Assembly: GCA_963789595.1 (NCBI GenBank)
Contig: CAWBLC010000001.1
Span: 374,326 to 438,325 of the forward strand
DNA from: an uncultured Pseudomonadota bacterium
GTDB lineage: Bacteria > Pseudomonadota > Alphaproteobacteria > Micropepsales > Micropepsaceae
Length of the DNA stretch: 64,000 nucleotides
Direction of reading: 5' to 3'
The position numbers were made by a program, and so were the translations under genes. Shown here piece after piece: positions 28,012-37,870 of the stretch (its first letter is position 1; each line of letters opens with the position of its first letter). A model generated the notes under the pieces. The model was not told where the DNA came from, did no database searches, and saw nothing but the letters and a program-made list of their open reading frames with translations.

Positions 28012-29280
28012 TCATTCTCCTTCGGAAAGATCGACGCTGTGTCCGCCGCTGCCATGATCGCCCGCGCGCAAAGCGCTGCTGGCGGCCGATGCGCCGTGAC
28101 TCATGGTTTGATGACGGCGCATGCGCTCAGCCCATGCTGGCGGTGTGTTGTTCGCGGATGCCGAGGGACCGCCACCGGGCAGGGGCCGCGTCGTCACTGC
28201 GCGCGCGCCAGCCGTATAACTTTCGGCAAGACTTGACGCGGCTCGCCGCAGGGGACTGATCGCTGCCGACACACCGGCCTGTGCGACGCCCGTCATACCG
28301 CCCGCGCGATAGGCAGCGCTGGCACCGCCCGCGACGCTCGCGCCGGCATGGGCGGTTCCGGAAATCGCGCCGCCCGCCATGCGCAGTCCGCCTGACGTGG
28401 CTGCAATGCCTGCAGCACCCATGCCCGCTGCAGCAAGGCCGGTGCCGATGGCGGCACCTGCGCCAAGCTGCGGTCCACCGGCGATCAGGCCATTGGCGAT
28501 GCCGGGTCCGAAGATGGACAGGCCGAGCAACGACAAAGACGCCAGGATCAGCGTCAGCGCATCGTCGATGGTGGGTGGATTATTGAAACCGCTGGTAAAC
28601 TGATTGAAGATCGTCGAGCCGATGCCGACGATTACGGCCAGCACCAAAATCTTCACGCCGGACGCCACGACATTGCCGAGCACCTTCTCGGCCAGAAACG
28701 CGGTGCGGCCGAAGAGGCCAAACGGAACCAGGACAAATCCCGCAAGCGTCGTGAGCTTGAACTCGATGAGACTAACGAAGAGCTGGATTGCCATTACGAA
28801 GAAACCGATGACGACGATCAGCCAGGCGATGAGCAGGATCGCGATCTGCACGAAGTTCACAAAGAAGCTCGTGAAGCCCACCATCCCGGAAATGGATGCG
28901 AGGATCGGCTTGCCGGCATCGATGCCGATTTGCGCGAGGTGGCCGGGCTGAAGCAATTGGGCTTCCGTCAACGAACCGCCGCCCGCCTTCAGTCCCAGCC
29001 CGGCAAAGGAATGGAACACGATCCCGGCGAGATTGTTGAAATCCCCGATGACGAAGGCGAAGACGCCTATATAAAGTGTCTTCTTGATCAGCCGGGCGAG
29101 CACGTCTTCGTCCGGCGCCATCGCCCAGAAGAGGCCCGCCAGCGTGATGTCGATGGCGATCAAAATCGCGGCGAGCCAGCGCACGTCGCCCTGCACGAAC
29201 CCGAAACCGGAATCGATATATTGGGTGAAGACGCCCAGGAAACGATCGATGACGCCGGTACCGCCCATGAGACCTGTCAT
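28012..29280 (-). CDS. trbL: VirB6-like T4SS protein
   Basis: GVIDRFL.VF..YIDSGFG, IEFKLTTLAGFVLVPF, Gly/Ala-rich tail. Confidence 0.95.
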   Translation of the reverse strand: MTGLMGGTGVIDRFLGVFTQYIDSGFGFVQGDVRWLAAILIAIDITLAGLFWAMAPDEDVLARLIKKTLYIGVFAFVIGDFNNLAGIVFHSFAGLGLKAGGGSLTEAQLLQPGHLAQIGIDAGKPILASISGMVGFTSFFVNFVQIAILLIAWLIVVIGFFVMAIQLFVSLIEFKLTTLAGFVLVPFGLFGRTAFLAEKVLGNVVASGVKILVLAVIVGIGSTIFNQFTSGFNNPPTIDDALTLILASLSLLGLSIFGPGIANGLIAGGPQLGAGAAIGTGLAAAGMGAAGIAATSGGLRMAGGAISGTAHAGASVAGGASAAYRAGGMTGVAQAGVSAAISPLRRAASSLAESYTAGARAVTTRPLPGGGPSASANNTPPAWAERMRRHQTMSHGASAASSALRAGDHGSGGHSVDLSEGE

Positions 29281-29354
29281 TCCTTAGCGTTTGGCTTCGT
29301 GTTGTGAGTGGTCGCGCGCACATGCGCACCGATGTTGAAGAACCGTGCGCGCAT
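29277..29354 (-). pseudogene. 25-codon remnant in the trbK (entry exclusion) position
   Basis: MRARFFNIGAHVRATTHNTKPNAKE*. It overlaps the trbJ stop (TGATG) and the trbL start (ATGA); no full-length trbK is present. Confidence 0.55.
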
Positions 29355-30088
29355 CAGTGGAACATTTCGGCCGAGCCGGGTTGATAGCCAGAGCCGTAAT
29401 TGAGGAAATTGGAGAGTTGCTGCTGCGCCTGGGCTTCGTCTTCGACATTGCGCGCGCCTTCCAGACTCTGCGCCCGCGCAATTGCCGCCATGACGGCGGT
29501 GAGATCGGAAAGTTGCTTGATCTCAAGGGCCGTCAGCTGATTGCCGGATTGTGAAGCCTGCAATGCGCCGGTGGCGGATTGGCTGGCGGATATCAGCGCG
29601 TCGATCTGGGTGTGCGTGTTGTCCAGATTTTGCACGACGCCAGCCTGTACGCGCATGGCGTCCTCAAAACCCACGCGCGCGTTCTGCCAACGAGTTTGTG
29701 CATCGTTCAGCATCTGCTGCGACGCCGCGCCGGAATAGCTTTGCGGATAATTCTGCGTGAAAGCCTGATCGATGGCCGTCACATCGTAATCGATGCGCTG
29801 TGCCTGGGTGAGAAGCTGCTGGGTCTGGGTGATCGACTGGTCGAGAGTGCTAAGCGACGAGTAGGGCAGACTCTCTAGATTGCGCGCTTGGTTAATCAGC
29901 GACGTTGCCTGATTTTCTAGGCTTTGAATCTCGTTGTTGACCTGCTGCAGCTCGCGCGCCGCAGTCATCACGTTCTGCACATAATTGGTAGGATCGAACA
30001 CGACCCATTGCGCCTCAGCCGGCGCGCTCAGAATCGCAATGGAAATCACGCCTGCCATGAACAGCGTGGCGAAACGGCGATGGTTCAT
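29354..30088 (-). CDS. trbJ: VirB5-like T4SS protein
   Basis: Signal peptide then VFDPTNYVQN; GALQASQSGNQL. Confidence 0.95.
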   Translation of the reverse strand: MNHRRFATLFMAGVISIAILSAPAEAQWVVFDPTNYVQNVMTAARELQQVNNEIQSLENQATSLINQARNLESLPYSSLSTLDQSITQTQQLLTQAQRIDYDVTAIDQAFTQNYPQSYSGAASQQMLNDAQTRWQNARVGFEDAMRVQAGVVQNLDNTHTQIDALISASQSATGALQASQSGNQLTALEIKQLSDLTAVMAAIARAQSLEGARNVEDEAQAQQQLSNFLNYGSGYQPGSAEMFH

Positions 30089-32562
30089 GACGAAGTCTCC
30101 TGCGGTTTGGTGACGAGCATCTCTGCCGCCCAATCGAGGCCTTTGCGCTTGAGCCAGGCGGCGGCGAAGTCATCGCGGCCATGGGCGGCGAGCGTTTGCG
30201 TGATGGCGGATTGATCGGTTTTGGACGAGGCGGCGGTGAAGGCCAGCGCGATTTCGGAAAGGCCCAGTTCGAAAAGGCGATTGCCGCGACGCGACTGGCA
30301 GTAATAATCGCGCTTGGGTGCAGCCCGGCTCAGAATCTCGATCTGGCGATCGTTCAGGCCAAAACGGCGATAGATGTCGGCGATTTGCGGTTCGAGCGCG
30401 CGCTCATTGGGCAGGAAGAGGCGCGTTGGGCAACTCTCGATGATCGCGGGTGCGATTGCGCTGGCATCAATGTCGGTAAGCGATTGGGTGGCGAAGACGA
30501 CACTCGCGTTTTTCTTCCGCAACGTCTTCAGCCATTCGCGCACCTGTCCGGCGAAGCCGTGATCGTCGAGCGCCAGCCAGCCTTCGTCGATGATGACGAG
30601 TGTGGGACGCCCATCGAAGCGGGCTTCGATGCGATGGAATAGATAGGAGAGGACTGCGGGCGCGGCGCCCGTCCCAATCAGCCCTTCGGTCTCGAAGGCC
30701 TGAATATCGCCGTCCCCGAGGCGTTCGTTTTCCGCATCGAGCAGGCGTCCCCAAGGTCCCGCCACGGTGTAAGGCTGCAAGGCCTGTTTCAGCGTCTGGG
30801 ACTGCAACAGCACCGACAGGCCGGTGAGGGTGCGCTCCGAAATAGGCGCGGAAGCAAGCGAGGTAAGCGCTGACCAGAGATGCTCTTTCAAGTCCGGGGT
30901 GATGGTGACCGATTCGCGCGCCAGCAGTGTTGCGGCCCATTCCGCCGCCCAGGCGCGTTCGCCGGCGTCGTCGATGCGTGCCAATGGCTGCAACGCGACC
31001 GGTTCGGTCAAATCATCGCCGAGCGCGCCGCCCAGATCGTGCCGATCGCCACCCATGGCAAGGCAAGCGGCGCGGATCGAACCGCCGAAATCGAAGGCGA
31101 AGATCTGCGCGCCCTCATAGCGGCGAAATTGCAGCGCCATCAGCGCCAGCAGCACACTTTTGCCGGCACCGGTGGGGCCGACGACCAGCGTGTGACCGAC
31201 ATCGCCGACATGCAGCACAAACCGGAACGGTGTGGAGCCTTCCGTCCGCGCAAAGAACAGCGGCGGCGCATCAAAATGCGCATCGCGTTCGGGCCCCGCC
31301 CAGACGGCCGAGAACGGCATCATATGCGCAAGGTTGAGCGTCGAGACCGGCGGTTGGCGGACATTGGCGTAAACATGGCCCGGCAGACTCCCCAGCCATG
31401 CTTCAATCGCATTCACCGTCTCGCGCATGCAGGTGAAATCGCGGCCCTGCACGGTTTTTTCGACAAGACGCAGGCGGTCCTCAGCGATGCGCGGATCGTC
31501 GTCCCAGACCGTGACGGTTGCGGTGACATAGGCTTGGCCGACGAGATCGGAGCCCAATTCCTGCAAAGCCATGTCCGCGTCGAGTGCCTTGTTGGCCGCG
31601 TCGGAATCCATCAGCGCCGACGCCTCATTGGTCATCACCTCCTTCAGGATCGCCATGATGGATTTGCGTTTGGCGAACCATTGCCGGCGGATGCGGCCCA
31701 GCACCCTGGCTGCGTCGGTCTTGTCGAGGCAGATCGCGCGCGTCGACCAGCGATACTGAAATGCAAGCCGGTTGAGATCGTCGAGCAGGCCCGGCCAGGT
31801 CTGCGTGGGAAATCCCATGATGGTGAGCGTGCGCAGATAGGCGCTGCCAAGCCGCGGTTCGAGCCCGCCGGTCATATCCTGATCGGCCAGAATGGCGTCG
31901 AGATACATTGACGTTTCAGGCATGCGCACGCGCTGACGCCGCGTCGAGATGCAGGAATGCAGATAGCTCAGCGTTTCGGAATCGTCGAGCCATTCGGCTT
32001 CGGGCATAAAACCTTCGATCAGGGCCAGCACACGATTCGTGCGGTCGATGAAGCCGGCCAAGGTGGCGCGCCAATCCACGCCATTGCGCACGCGGCCTTC
32101 ATAAAGCCAGGTTTCGGCACGCGCGGCATCCTCGGCCGGTGGCAACCAGACGAGCGTGAGAAAGTACCGGCTCTCGAAATGGCCAGTGTTCGCTCGCGAT
32201 GCGTTCCCCGAAAACAATTCTACATCCGGCTCACCCTCGAACTGCGCCCGGCGTTCGGCATCGACCAGACCGGACACTGCGTCAGGAAATTCGCTTTGCG
32301 GATAATGATTGGCGGGCTGACGCTGGGCTTCGATGAAGATCGCCCAGCCGGAGCCGAGCCGGCGCAACGCGTTGTTGAGCCGCGCGGTAATCGCCACGAG
32401 CTCAGCAGGCGTAGCACTATCCAGATCGGGTCCACGAAATCGCGCCGAGCGCTGAAAGGAACCGTCCTTGTTGAGGATGATTCCTTTCTCGACCAGCGCA
32501 GCCCAAGGCAGGAAATCGGCGAGGCTCTGTGCTTTGCGGCGGTATTCGGCGAGGTTCATCAT
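30085..32562 (-). CDS. trbE: VirB4-like ATPase
   Basis: LADFLPWA, GPTGAGKS Walker A, IIDEGW Walker B. Confidence 0.97.
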   Translation of the reverse strand: MMNLAEYRRKAQSLADFLPWAALVEKGIILNKDGSFQRSARFRGPDLDSATPAELVAITARLNNALRRLGSGWAIFIEAQRQPANHYPQSEFPDAVSGLVDAERRAQFEGEPDVELFSGNASRANTGHFESRYFLTLVWLPPAEDAARAETWLYEGRVRNGVDWRATLAGFIDRTNRVLALIEGFMPEAEWLDDSETLSYLHSCISTRRQRVRMPETSMYLDAILADQDMTGGLEPRLGSAYLRTLTIMGFPTQTWPGLLDDLNRLAFQYRWSTRAICLDKTDAARVLGRIRRQWFAKRKSIMAILKEVMTNEASALMDSDAANKALDADMALQELGSDLVGQAYVTATVTVWDDDPRIAEDRLRLVEKTVQGRDFTCMRETVNAIEAWLGSLPGHVYANVRQPPVSTLNLAHMMPFSAVWAGPERDAHFDAPPLFFARTEGSTPFRFVLHVGDVGHTLVVGPTGAGKSVLLALMALQFRRYEGAQIFAFDFGGSIRAACLAMGGDRHDLGGALGDDLTEPVALQPLARIDDAGERAWAAEWAATLLARESVTITPDLKEHLWSALTSLASAPISERTLTGLSVLLQSQTLKQALQPYTVAGPWGRLLDAENERLGDGDIQAFETEGLIGTGAAPAVLSYLFHRIEARFDGRPTLVIIDEGWLALDDHGFAGQVREWLKTLRKKNASVVFATQSLTDIDASAIAPAIIESCPTRLFLPNERALEPQIADIYRRFGLNDRQIEILSRAAPKRDYYCQSRRGNRLFELGLSEIALAFTAASSKTDQSAITQTLAAHGRDDFAAAWLKRKGLDWAAEMLVTKPQETSS

Positions 32563-32563
32563 A

Positions 32564-32833
32564 TTAGGCGACCAGGTGTTGCGGGTAGCGAAGATGCCGG
32601 CGAACCACATCGACGAAAGCGGGATCGCGCTTGGCCGCCCACACCGCAGCAACATGGCCGACGAGCCAGATCACGATGCCAACGATCCAGAGGCGCAGAC
32701 CCAGACCGATGGCCGCGGCGAGCGTGCCATTGATGATCGCCACCGCGCGCGGCGCACCGCCGAGCAAAATCGGCTCGGTGAGCGCGCGATGAACCGGCGC
32801 ATAAAAACCGGTGACGGGCTCGTTCTCGTCCAT
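32564..32833 (-). CDS. trbD: VirB3-like T4SS protein
   Basis: PVHRALTEPILLGGAPR. Confidence 0.92.
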   Translation of the reverse strand: MDENEPVTGFYAPVHRALTEPILLGGAPRAVAIINGTLAAAIGLGLRLWIVGIVIWLVGHVAAVWAAKRDPAFVDVVRRHLRYPQHLVA

Positions 32834-33153
32834 CAGACCAGCGCCCCGCCGCCGAAGGAGAAGAACGACAGGAAGAAGCTCGATGCGGCAAACGCGATGC
32901 TGAGTCCGAAGACGATTTGAATGAGACGGCGAAACCCTCCGCTCGTCTCCCCGAAGGCCAAAGTGAGGCCGGTGATAATGATAACGATCACCGAGATGAC
33001 TTTGGCGACAGGTCCCTGAATCGAATCCAGGATCTGTTGCAGCGGCTGTTCCCACGGCATGTTGGTGCCGGCGGCATAAGCCGGCGCCGTTGCGAGGAAT
33101 GAAATTGCAAGTGCCGACGTCATGACAAAACATTCGCGAATACGATTGCGCAT
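32833..33153 (-). CDS. trbC: VirB2-like pilin
   Basis: MPWEQPLQQILDSIQGPVA; GLTLAFGETSGGFRRL. Confidence 0.93.
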   Translation of the reverse strand: MRNRIRECFVMTSALAISFLATAPAYAAGTNMPWEQPLQQILDSIQGPVAKVISVIVIIITGLTLAFGETSGGFRRLIQIVFGLSIAFAASSFFLSFFSFGGGALV

Positions 33154-34118
33154 CAGGATTCTCCAGCTTGGGTGAGGATGTAGTCGCCGGTGGGACCGAG
33201 GCCGCGCACCGACATGAGTTCGGCAAGCCGGCGCGCGGAGCCACGCCCGGAAAGCACGGCGATCAGATCGATCGTCTCGGCGATTAGCGTGCGCGGAACG
33301 GTGACGACAGCTTCCTGGATGAGCTGCTCCAGTCGCCTTAGCGCGCCGATGGCCGTACCCGCATGCAGCGTGCCGATGCCGCCGGGATGGCCGGTGCCCC
33401 AGGCTTTGAGAAGATCGAGCGCCTCCGCACCGCGCACCTCTCCGATCGGAATGCGGTCGGGACGTAGGCGCAGCGAAGAGCGCACCAGATCGCAGAGCGA
33501 GGCCGCACCGTCCTTGGTGCGCAAGGCTACGAGATTTGGTGCCGCGCATTGCAGTTCGCGCGTATCCTCGATCAGCACAATGCGGTCGGTTGTCTTGGCG
33601 ATCTCGGCCAGCAGCGCATTGACGAGCGTCGTCTTGCCGGTGGACGTGCCGCCCGCGACGAGAATGTTTTTTCGCTCCCGGATAGCGGCTTGCAAAAGAT
33701 CGGCATGTGCGCGGGACATGATGCCCGCCTCGACGTAGTCGGCGAGCGTGAAGACCTTGATCGCCGGACGGCGGATCGCGAAACAGGGCGCCACCACCAC
33801 GGGCGGCATCAAGCCTTCAAAACGCTCGCCATTTTCCGGCAGTTCGGCGGAGACGCGCGGCGCATAGGCATGCACTTCGATGCCGACATGATGGGCGACA
33901 ACACGCACGATCCGTTCGGCATCGGCAGGCGTCACGCGACACCCGGTGTCCTCCAATCCGCCAGTGAGCCGGTCGATCCAGAGTTTGCCATCGGGATTGA
34001 GCATCACCTCGATAATCGAGGGGTCTTCCAGATAGGTCGCGATTGCAGGACCGAGTGCGGTGCGCAGCATGCGTGCGCCGCGGGCAAAGGCTTCAGAGCG
34101 GAAGGAATGTGCGTTCAT
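33153..34118 (-). CDS. trbB: VirB11-like ATPase
   Basis: GGTSTGKTT, LIEDTRE, LRPDRIPIGEVRG, TGHPGG. Confidence 0.96.
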   Translation of the reverse strand: MNAHSFRSEAFARGARMLRTALGPAIATYLEDPSIIEVMLNPDGKLWIDRLTGGLEDTGCRVTPADAERIVRVVAHHVGIEVHAYAPRVSAELPENGERFEGLMPPVVVAPCFAIRRPAIKVFTLADYVEAGIMSRAHADLLQAAIRERKNILVAGGTSTGKTTLVNALLAEIAKTTDRIVLIEDTRELQCAAPNLVALRTKDGAASLCDLVRSSLRLRPDRIPIGEVRGAEALDLLKAWGTGHPGGIGTLHAGTAIGALRRLEQLIQEAVVTVPRTLIAETIDLIAVLSGRGSARRLAELMSVRGLGPTGDYILTQAGES

Positions 34119-34350
34119 CGAATATCCCGATTGCGCGACGCGTTGCTGACGGGATCGAGTAGAAAGAACTGCAAGCCGGGCAATGCAACAAGGATGAAGG
34201 ATGCATCGTGCTGTGGCGTGTAATGACAGGGGATCGGCAAGGTAGCCAAGCACGCCGCGATTCAAGACCGCGCGTCACGCTCGAAGATGTGCGTCAAGAA
34301 AATTGGCTGATGCGCGTTGGCGGCGATCTCGGCGGGATCGCAAGAATCTC

Positions 34351-34773
34351 TCACTCAGTTTGTTGCTTTGCCGCTTCGATCTCGCGGGTGATTTCATCGA
34401 GGAGCAGATGGCCATGCGCCAGACGGCGCCCAACGGCCTCAACGAATCCCTGGTAACGCTCCCGGCCCTTGGCTTGCGTTGCGGTCTGCGCGGTGTCGGG
34501 CAGCGGCGGCGTGTGTGTCAGCCAGAAGCGAACGAACAACGCCAGGGTCTCATTGGTGATGGTGACATGCCGTTCGAGCCGTTCGATCGCGCGCGTCATG
34601 CGATCAAGCCGCCGCGCGAGTGCCGCTTCCAGCCGATCGGCGCCGTCGGGTGAGAGATAGGAATCCAGCGCAGTCTCGACGACAAGAACACGAGGGACAT
34701 GTTTGTGCGCCGCATAATCGTCCAGCCGTGACGCAATCTCCCGCGGCAAGCGAAAAGTGTGCTTGGTCCGCAT
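34351..34773 (-). CDS. CopG/ribbon-helix-helix protein
   Basis: N-terminal RHH (RTKHTFRLP...VVETALDSYLSPD); conserved slot between traG and trbB. Confidence 0.88.
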   Translation of the reverse strand: MRTKHTFRLPREIASRLDDYAAHKHVPRVLVVETALDSYLSPDGADRLEAALARRLDRMTRAIERLERHVTITNETLALFVRFWLTHTPPLPDTAQTATQAKGRERYQGFVEAVGRRLAHGHLLLDEITREIEAAKQQTE

Positions 34774-34776
34774 CGT

Positions 34777-36741
34777 TCACATACCCAGATCGTCGGCTGG
34801 ATCAAGCGGGGCTTGTCTCACCGAAAATTGCGCCTGTTGCTCGAAATTTATGGCCTGCGTCTGCCCTTCGTCGTCGCCGTCCTCCAATTCAAACTCGCCG
34901 GATGGGTCGGGCGGTTTTGGTGCGATCTCTTCGTGATCCGGCAATTCCAGTTCCCGGCGCGGTCCGCCATTGGCCGGATCGGCTGTTGCAGAGGGGGCGA
35001 TGAGCGCATTGGCCCAAGGTGCATCGTCCGTTGCTGACGGCTCGTCGGATCGTGGCGGCGCAGACAATGGCGGTGGCGGAAGAATGCGAATTTTCAAGCG
35101 ATGGTCCTGATAGTAACGCACCTTCTTGGCGCGGATCGGCGGACACCCCGAAACCAGCACCAATTCGTCCGATGTCGGCAATTGCATGATTTCGCCGGCG
35201 GTAAGAAGCGGCCGCGCCGTTTCCTGGCGCGATACCATCAGATGTCCAAGCCAGGGACTGAGACGATGGCCGGCATAGTTTTTCATGGCGCGCAATTCGG
35301 TGGCGATGCCGAGCGCATCGGAGACGCGTTTGGCGGTGCGCTCGTCATTGGTGGCGAAACTCACCCGGACATGGCAATTGTCGAGGACGGAATTGTTCTG
35401 GCCGTACGCTTTCTCGATCTGATTGAGCGATTGGGCGATCAGAAAGGCTTTGAGGCCATAGCCAGCCATGAACGCTAACGCCGACTCGAAGAAATCCAAC
35501 CGCCCTAATGCTGGAAACTCGTCCAGCATCAACAATAGACGATGATGACGACGTTCCGAGTTGAGTTCCTCGGTCAGCCGTCTGCCGATCTGGTTGAGGA
35601 TGAGCCGGATGAGTGGCTTGGTCCGGCTGATATCGGATGGCGGCACGACCAGATAGAGCGTGGCGGGGCTCCGCCCCTCGACAAGATCGGCGATGCGCCA
35701 ATCGCAACGCCGCGTCACACGTGCCACCACCGGATCGCGATAGAGCCCCAGAAAGCTCATGGCCGTGGACAACACGCCCGATCTCTCGTTCTCGGATTTG
35801 TTGAGCAACTCGCGTGCTGCGCTGGCGACAACCGGATGAACGCCACGCTCGCCCAGATGGGGCGTCGTCATCATCGCCCAGAGAGTCTTCTCGATGGGAC
35901 GGCGCGGATCGGACAGAAAATTGGCAACGCCTGCGAGCGTCTTGTCCGGCTCGGCATAAAGGACATGAAGGATCGTGCCGACGAGCAGCGAATGGCTGGT
36001 CTTTTCCCAATGATTGCGCCGCTCCAGCGCGCCTTCTGGATCGACCAGAACGTCGGCGATGTTTTGCACATCGCGCACTTCCTTTTCGCCGCGCCGGACC
36101 TCCATCAACGGGTTATAGGCAGCACTTGCCGCATTGGTCGGATCGAACAGCAGAATCTTTCCGAAGCGCGCGCGCCAACCGGCTGTGAGGGTCCAGTTCT
36201 CACCCTTGATATCATGCACGATGGCTGAGCCGGGCCAAGTCAGAAGGGTGGGGATGACCAGCCCTACGCCTTTGCCGCTTCGCGTTGGCGCGAAACACAA
36301 CACATGTTCCGGCCCATTGTGGCGCAGATAATCGTTGCGCCAGCGGCCAAGCACGACGCCGTCTGGATGCAGGAGATTGGCTTTGCGGATTTCGTGTGGC
36401 ATGGCCCAGCGTGCCGAGCCGTAAGTGATGGTATGTTTGACCTCGCGCGCGCGCCACACAGACATGCCGACCGCAGCGGCGAACGCCGCAACGCCGCCGG
36501 AGGCCGCGATATAGCCACCATCGACAAAGATTTGATGGGCGTAGGCGTCGAAAGCGAACCACCACCAGAAGAATGCCGGTGGCAGATAGACGGGCCACCT
36601 GAAGAGTTCGAACCACGGCTTCCCGAGCTGGGGCTGAAAGGCAAGCTGCCACGCAGTCCACTCCGTTGCACCCCAAATAAAGCCGAGCACGACGAAACAG
36701 ACAGCGACGATCTGGCCCCACAGGATCTTGGTTGCGGACAT
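34777..36741 (-). CDS. traG: Type IV coupling protein (TraG/VirD4)
   Basis: MSATKILWGQ, APTRSGKG, HDIKGEN, LMLDEFPALG. Confidence 0.96.
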   Translation of the reverse strand: MSATKILWGQIVAVCFVVLGFIWGATEWTAWQLAFQPQLGKPWFELFRWPVYLPPAFFWWWFAFDAYAHQIFVDGGYIAASGGVAAFAAAVGMSVWRAREVKHTITYGSARWAMPHEIRKANLLHPDGVVLGRWRNDYLRHNGPEHVLCFAPTRSGKGVGLVIPTLLTWPGSAIVHDIKGENWTLTAGWRARFGKILLFDPTNAASAAYNPLMEVRRGEKEVRDVQNIADVLVDPEGALERRNHWEKTSHSLLVGTILHVLYAEPDKTLAGVANFLSDPRRPIEKTLWAMMTTPHLGERGVHPVVASAARELLNKSENERSGVLSTAMSFLGLYRDPVVARVTRRCDWRIADLVEGRSPATLYLVVPPSDISRTKPLIRLILNQIGRRLTEELNSERRHHRLLLMLDEFPALGRLDFFESALAFMAGYGLKAFLIAQSLNQIEKAYGQNNSVLDNCHVRVSFATNDERTAKRVSDALGIATELRAMKNYAGHRLSPWLGHLMVSRQETARPLLTAGEIMQLPTSDELVLVSGCPPIRAKKVRYYQDHRLKIRILPPPPLSAPPRSDEPSATDDAPWANALIAPSATADPANGGPRRELELPDHEEIAPKPPDPSGEFELEDGDDEGQTQAINFEQQAQFSVRQAPLDPADDLGM

Positions 36742-36970
36742 GGAGGTGAGAGTTCATGCAGCAATCGCCCGGCTTGCAAGTCCTGATCAGCAGCACGCGC
36801 GAGGGTGGATAGGCTGGCGTAGAATTAGGATAAGTCGGTAAGCCGCTTGGGCTGCTCAATGGTCGGCCATGCAGGCCCCTATGACCAGATTTTCCGGCGC
36901 GATTCAGACATACCAGATGGCTGCAATTGAGGACATGCTCTACCTAGCCTACGAACGGCCCGGCGACGTC

Positions 36971-37519
36971 TTAGCTTCGCTTTCGCTGCTGGCGCCAGGC
37001 CGCCCAGTCAACGGGTTCCGAGTGGACAACGGAAAGATCGGTCGGTGTGAAGCGGTCGCAGAAGATAATCAGGTTCTGACAACGATAACGTGCGCTCGGT
37101 GCCAAGATCCCGTCAAACCCGAGAAAGGCAGCGGCGTCGCCGATTTGTTGCGTCCGCTCGTAGGTCAGGCTGCTGTAAGTTTCCGGCGTGACGCCGAGCC
37201 CACGCACGGACTCCAGATCGGCGAGTTTCAAGGTCTTCTGAGTGCGAATCGCAATACGGTGCAGGCTCGACCGGAGCTTCGACGGAAACACCGGTTGCCG
37301 TGACAGATGAAAATGAATCTCTTCGAGTGCGCCTTCGCGCTCCAGCGACGTGTACAGCACATCAAAGGTCCCGGGGTCCCAACGCGCTTTCGCGGGATAC
37401 CCCTGCAAGACGTCGATGCCTTCTCGAACGATGCGCCACACTTCCCCCTCAAAGGACACGCCCTGGTGCGAATCCAGCAAGTCGAGAAGATCGAGATCGC
37501 GCGCTACCCTCTCGACCAT
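36971..37519 (-). CDS. RES-domain toxin (NAD+-consuming family)
   Basis: Conserved R (WRIVR/ARWD), E (GALEE) and S (GILAPSAR); LYTS motif. Confidence 0.88.
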   Translation of the reverse strand: MVERVARDLDLLDLLDSHQGVSFEGEVWRIVREGIDVLQGYPAKARWDPGTFDVLYTSLEREGALEEIHFHLSRQPVFPSKLRSSLHRIAIRTQKTLKLADLESVRGLGVTPETYSSLTYERTQQIGDAAAFLGFDGILAPSARYRCQNLIIFCDRFTPTDLSVVHSEPVDWAAWRQQRKRS

Positions 37520-37527
37520 GCCGCCCC

Positions 37528-37866
37528 TTAAATGTAAGCGCCCGCGTCGAGACGTTCGATGACGGCCAACACCTCTTCCGTGCGATCGGAATTGATCAGA
37601 TCAATGGCGCGCTCACCATTGAGGAGTTGGTGGCGCGAGTGCAACCAAAGCCGCGTCTCATCGGGCGTATAGAAATCCGACAATCGATCCACGACATAAC
37701 GCAGGTCCGCAATGACAGTCTGCGTCCGCAGATTGGGTGAACCGTTGCCGTGAGACCAGCGCGACACGGTCGCGGTCGATACATCGACGATATTGGCGAT
37801 ATCTTTCCCCTGCAGACCTCCGCGTGCGCGAAGATCTTCCAGAATCCTTGCAACTGCCGTGGTCAT
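37528..37866 (-). CDS. Xre/MbcA/ParS-type antitoxin
   Basis: N-terminal HTH (DIANIVDVSTATVSRW) and C-terminal WL...LLNGERAIDLI motif. Confidence 0.9.
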   Translation of the reverse strand: MTTAVARILEDLRARGGLQGKDIANIVDVSTATVSRWSHGNGSPNLRTQTVIADLRYVVDRLSDFYTPDETRLWLHSRHQLLNGERAIDLINSDRTEEVLAVIERLDAGAYI

Positions 37867-37870
37867 GACG

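Noticed and set aside
34159-36824. GTAGAA and TGCAAGCCGGG shared between the trbB and traG upstream regions
   Set aside because: The matches are short, at different distances from the starts, and one is inverted; they cannot be told from chance by eye.
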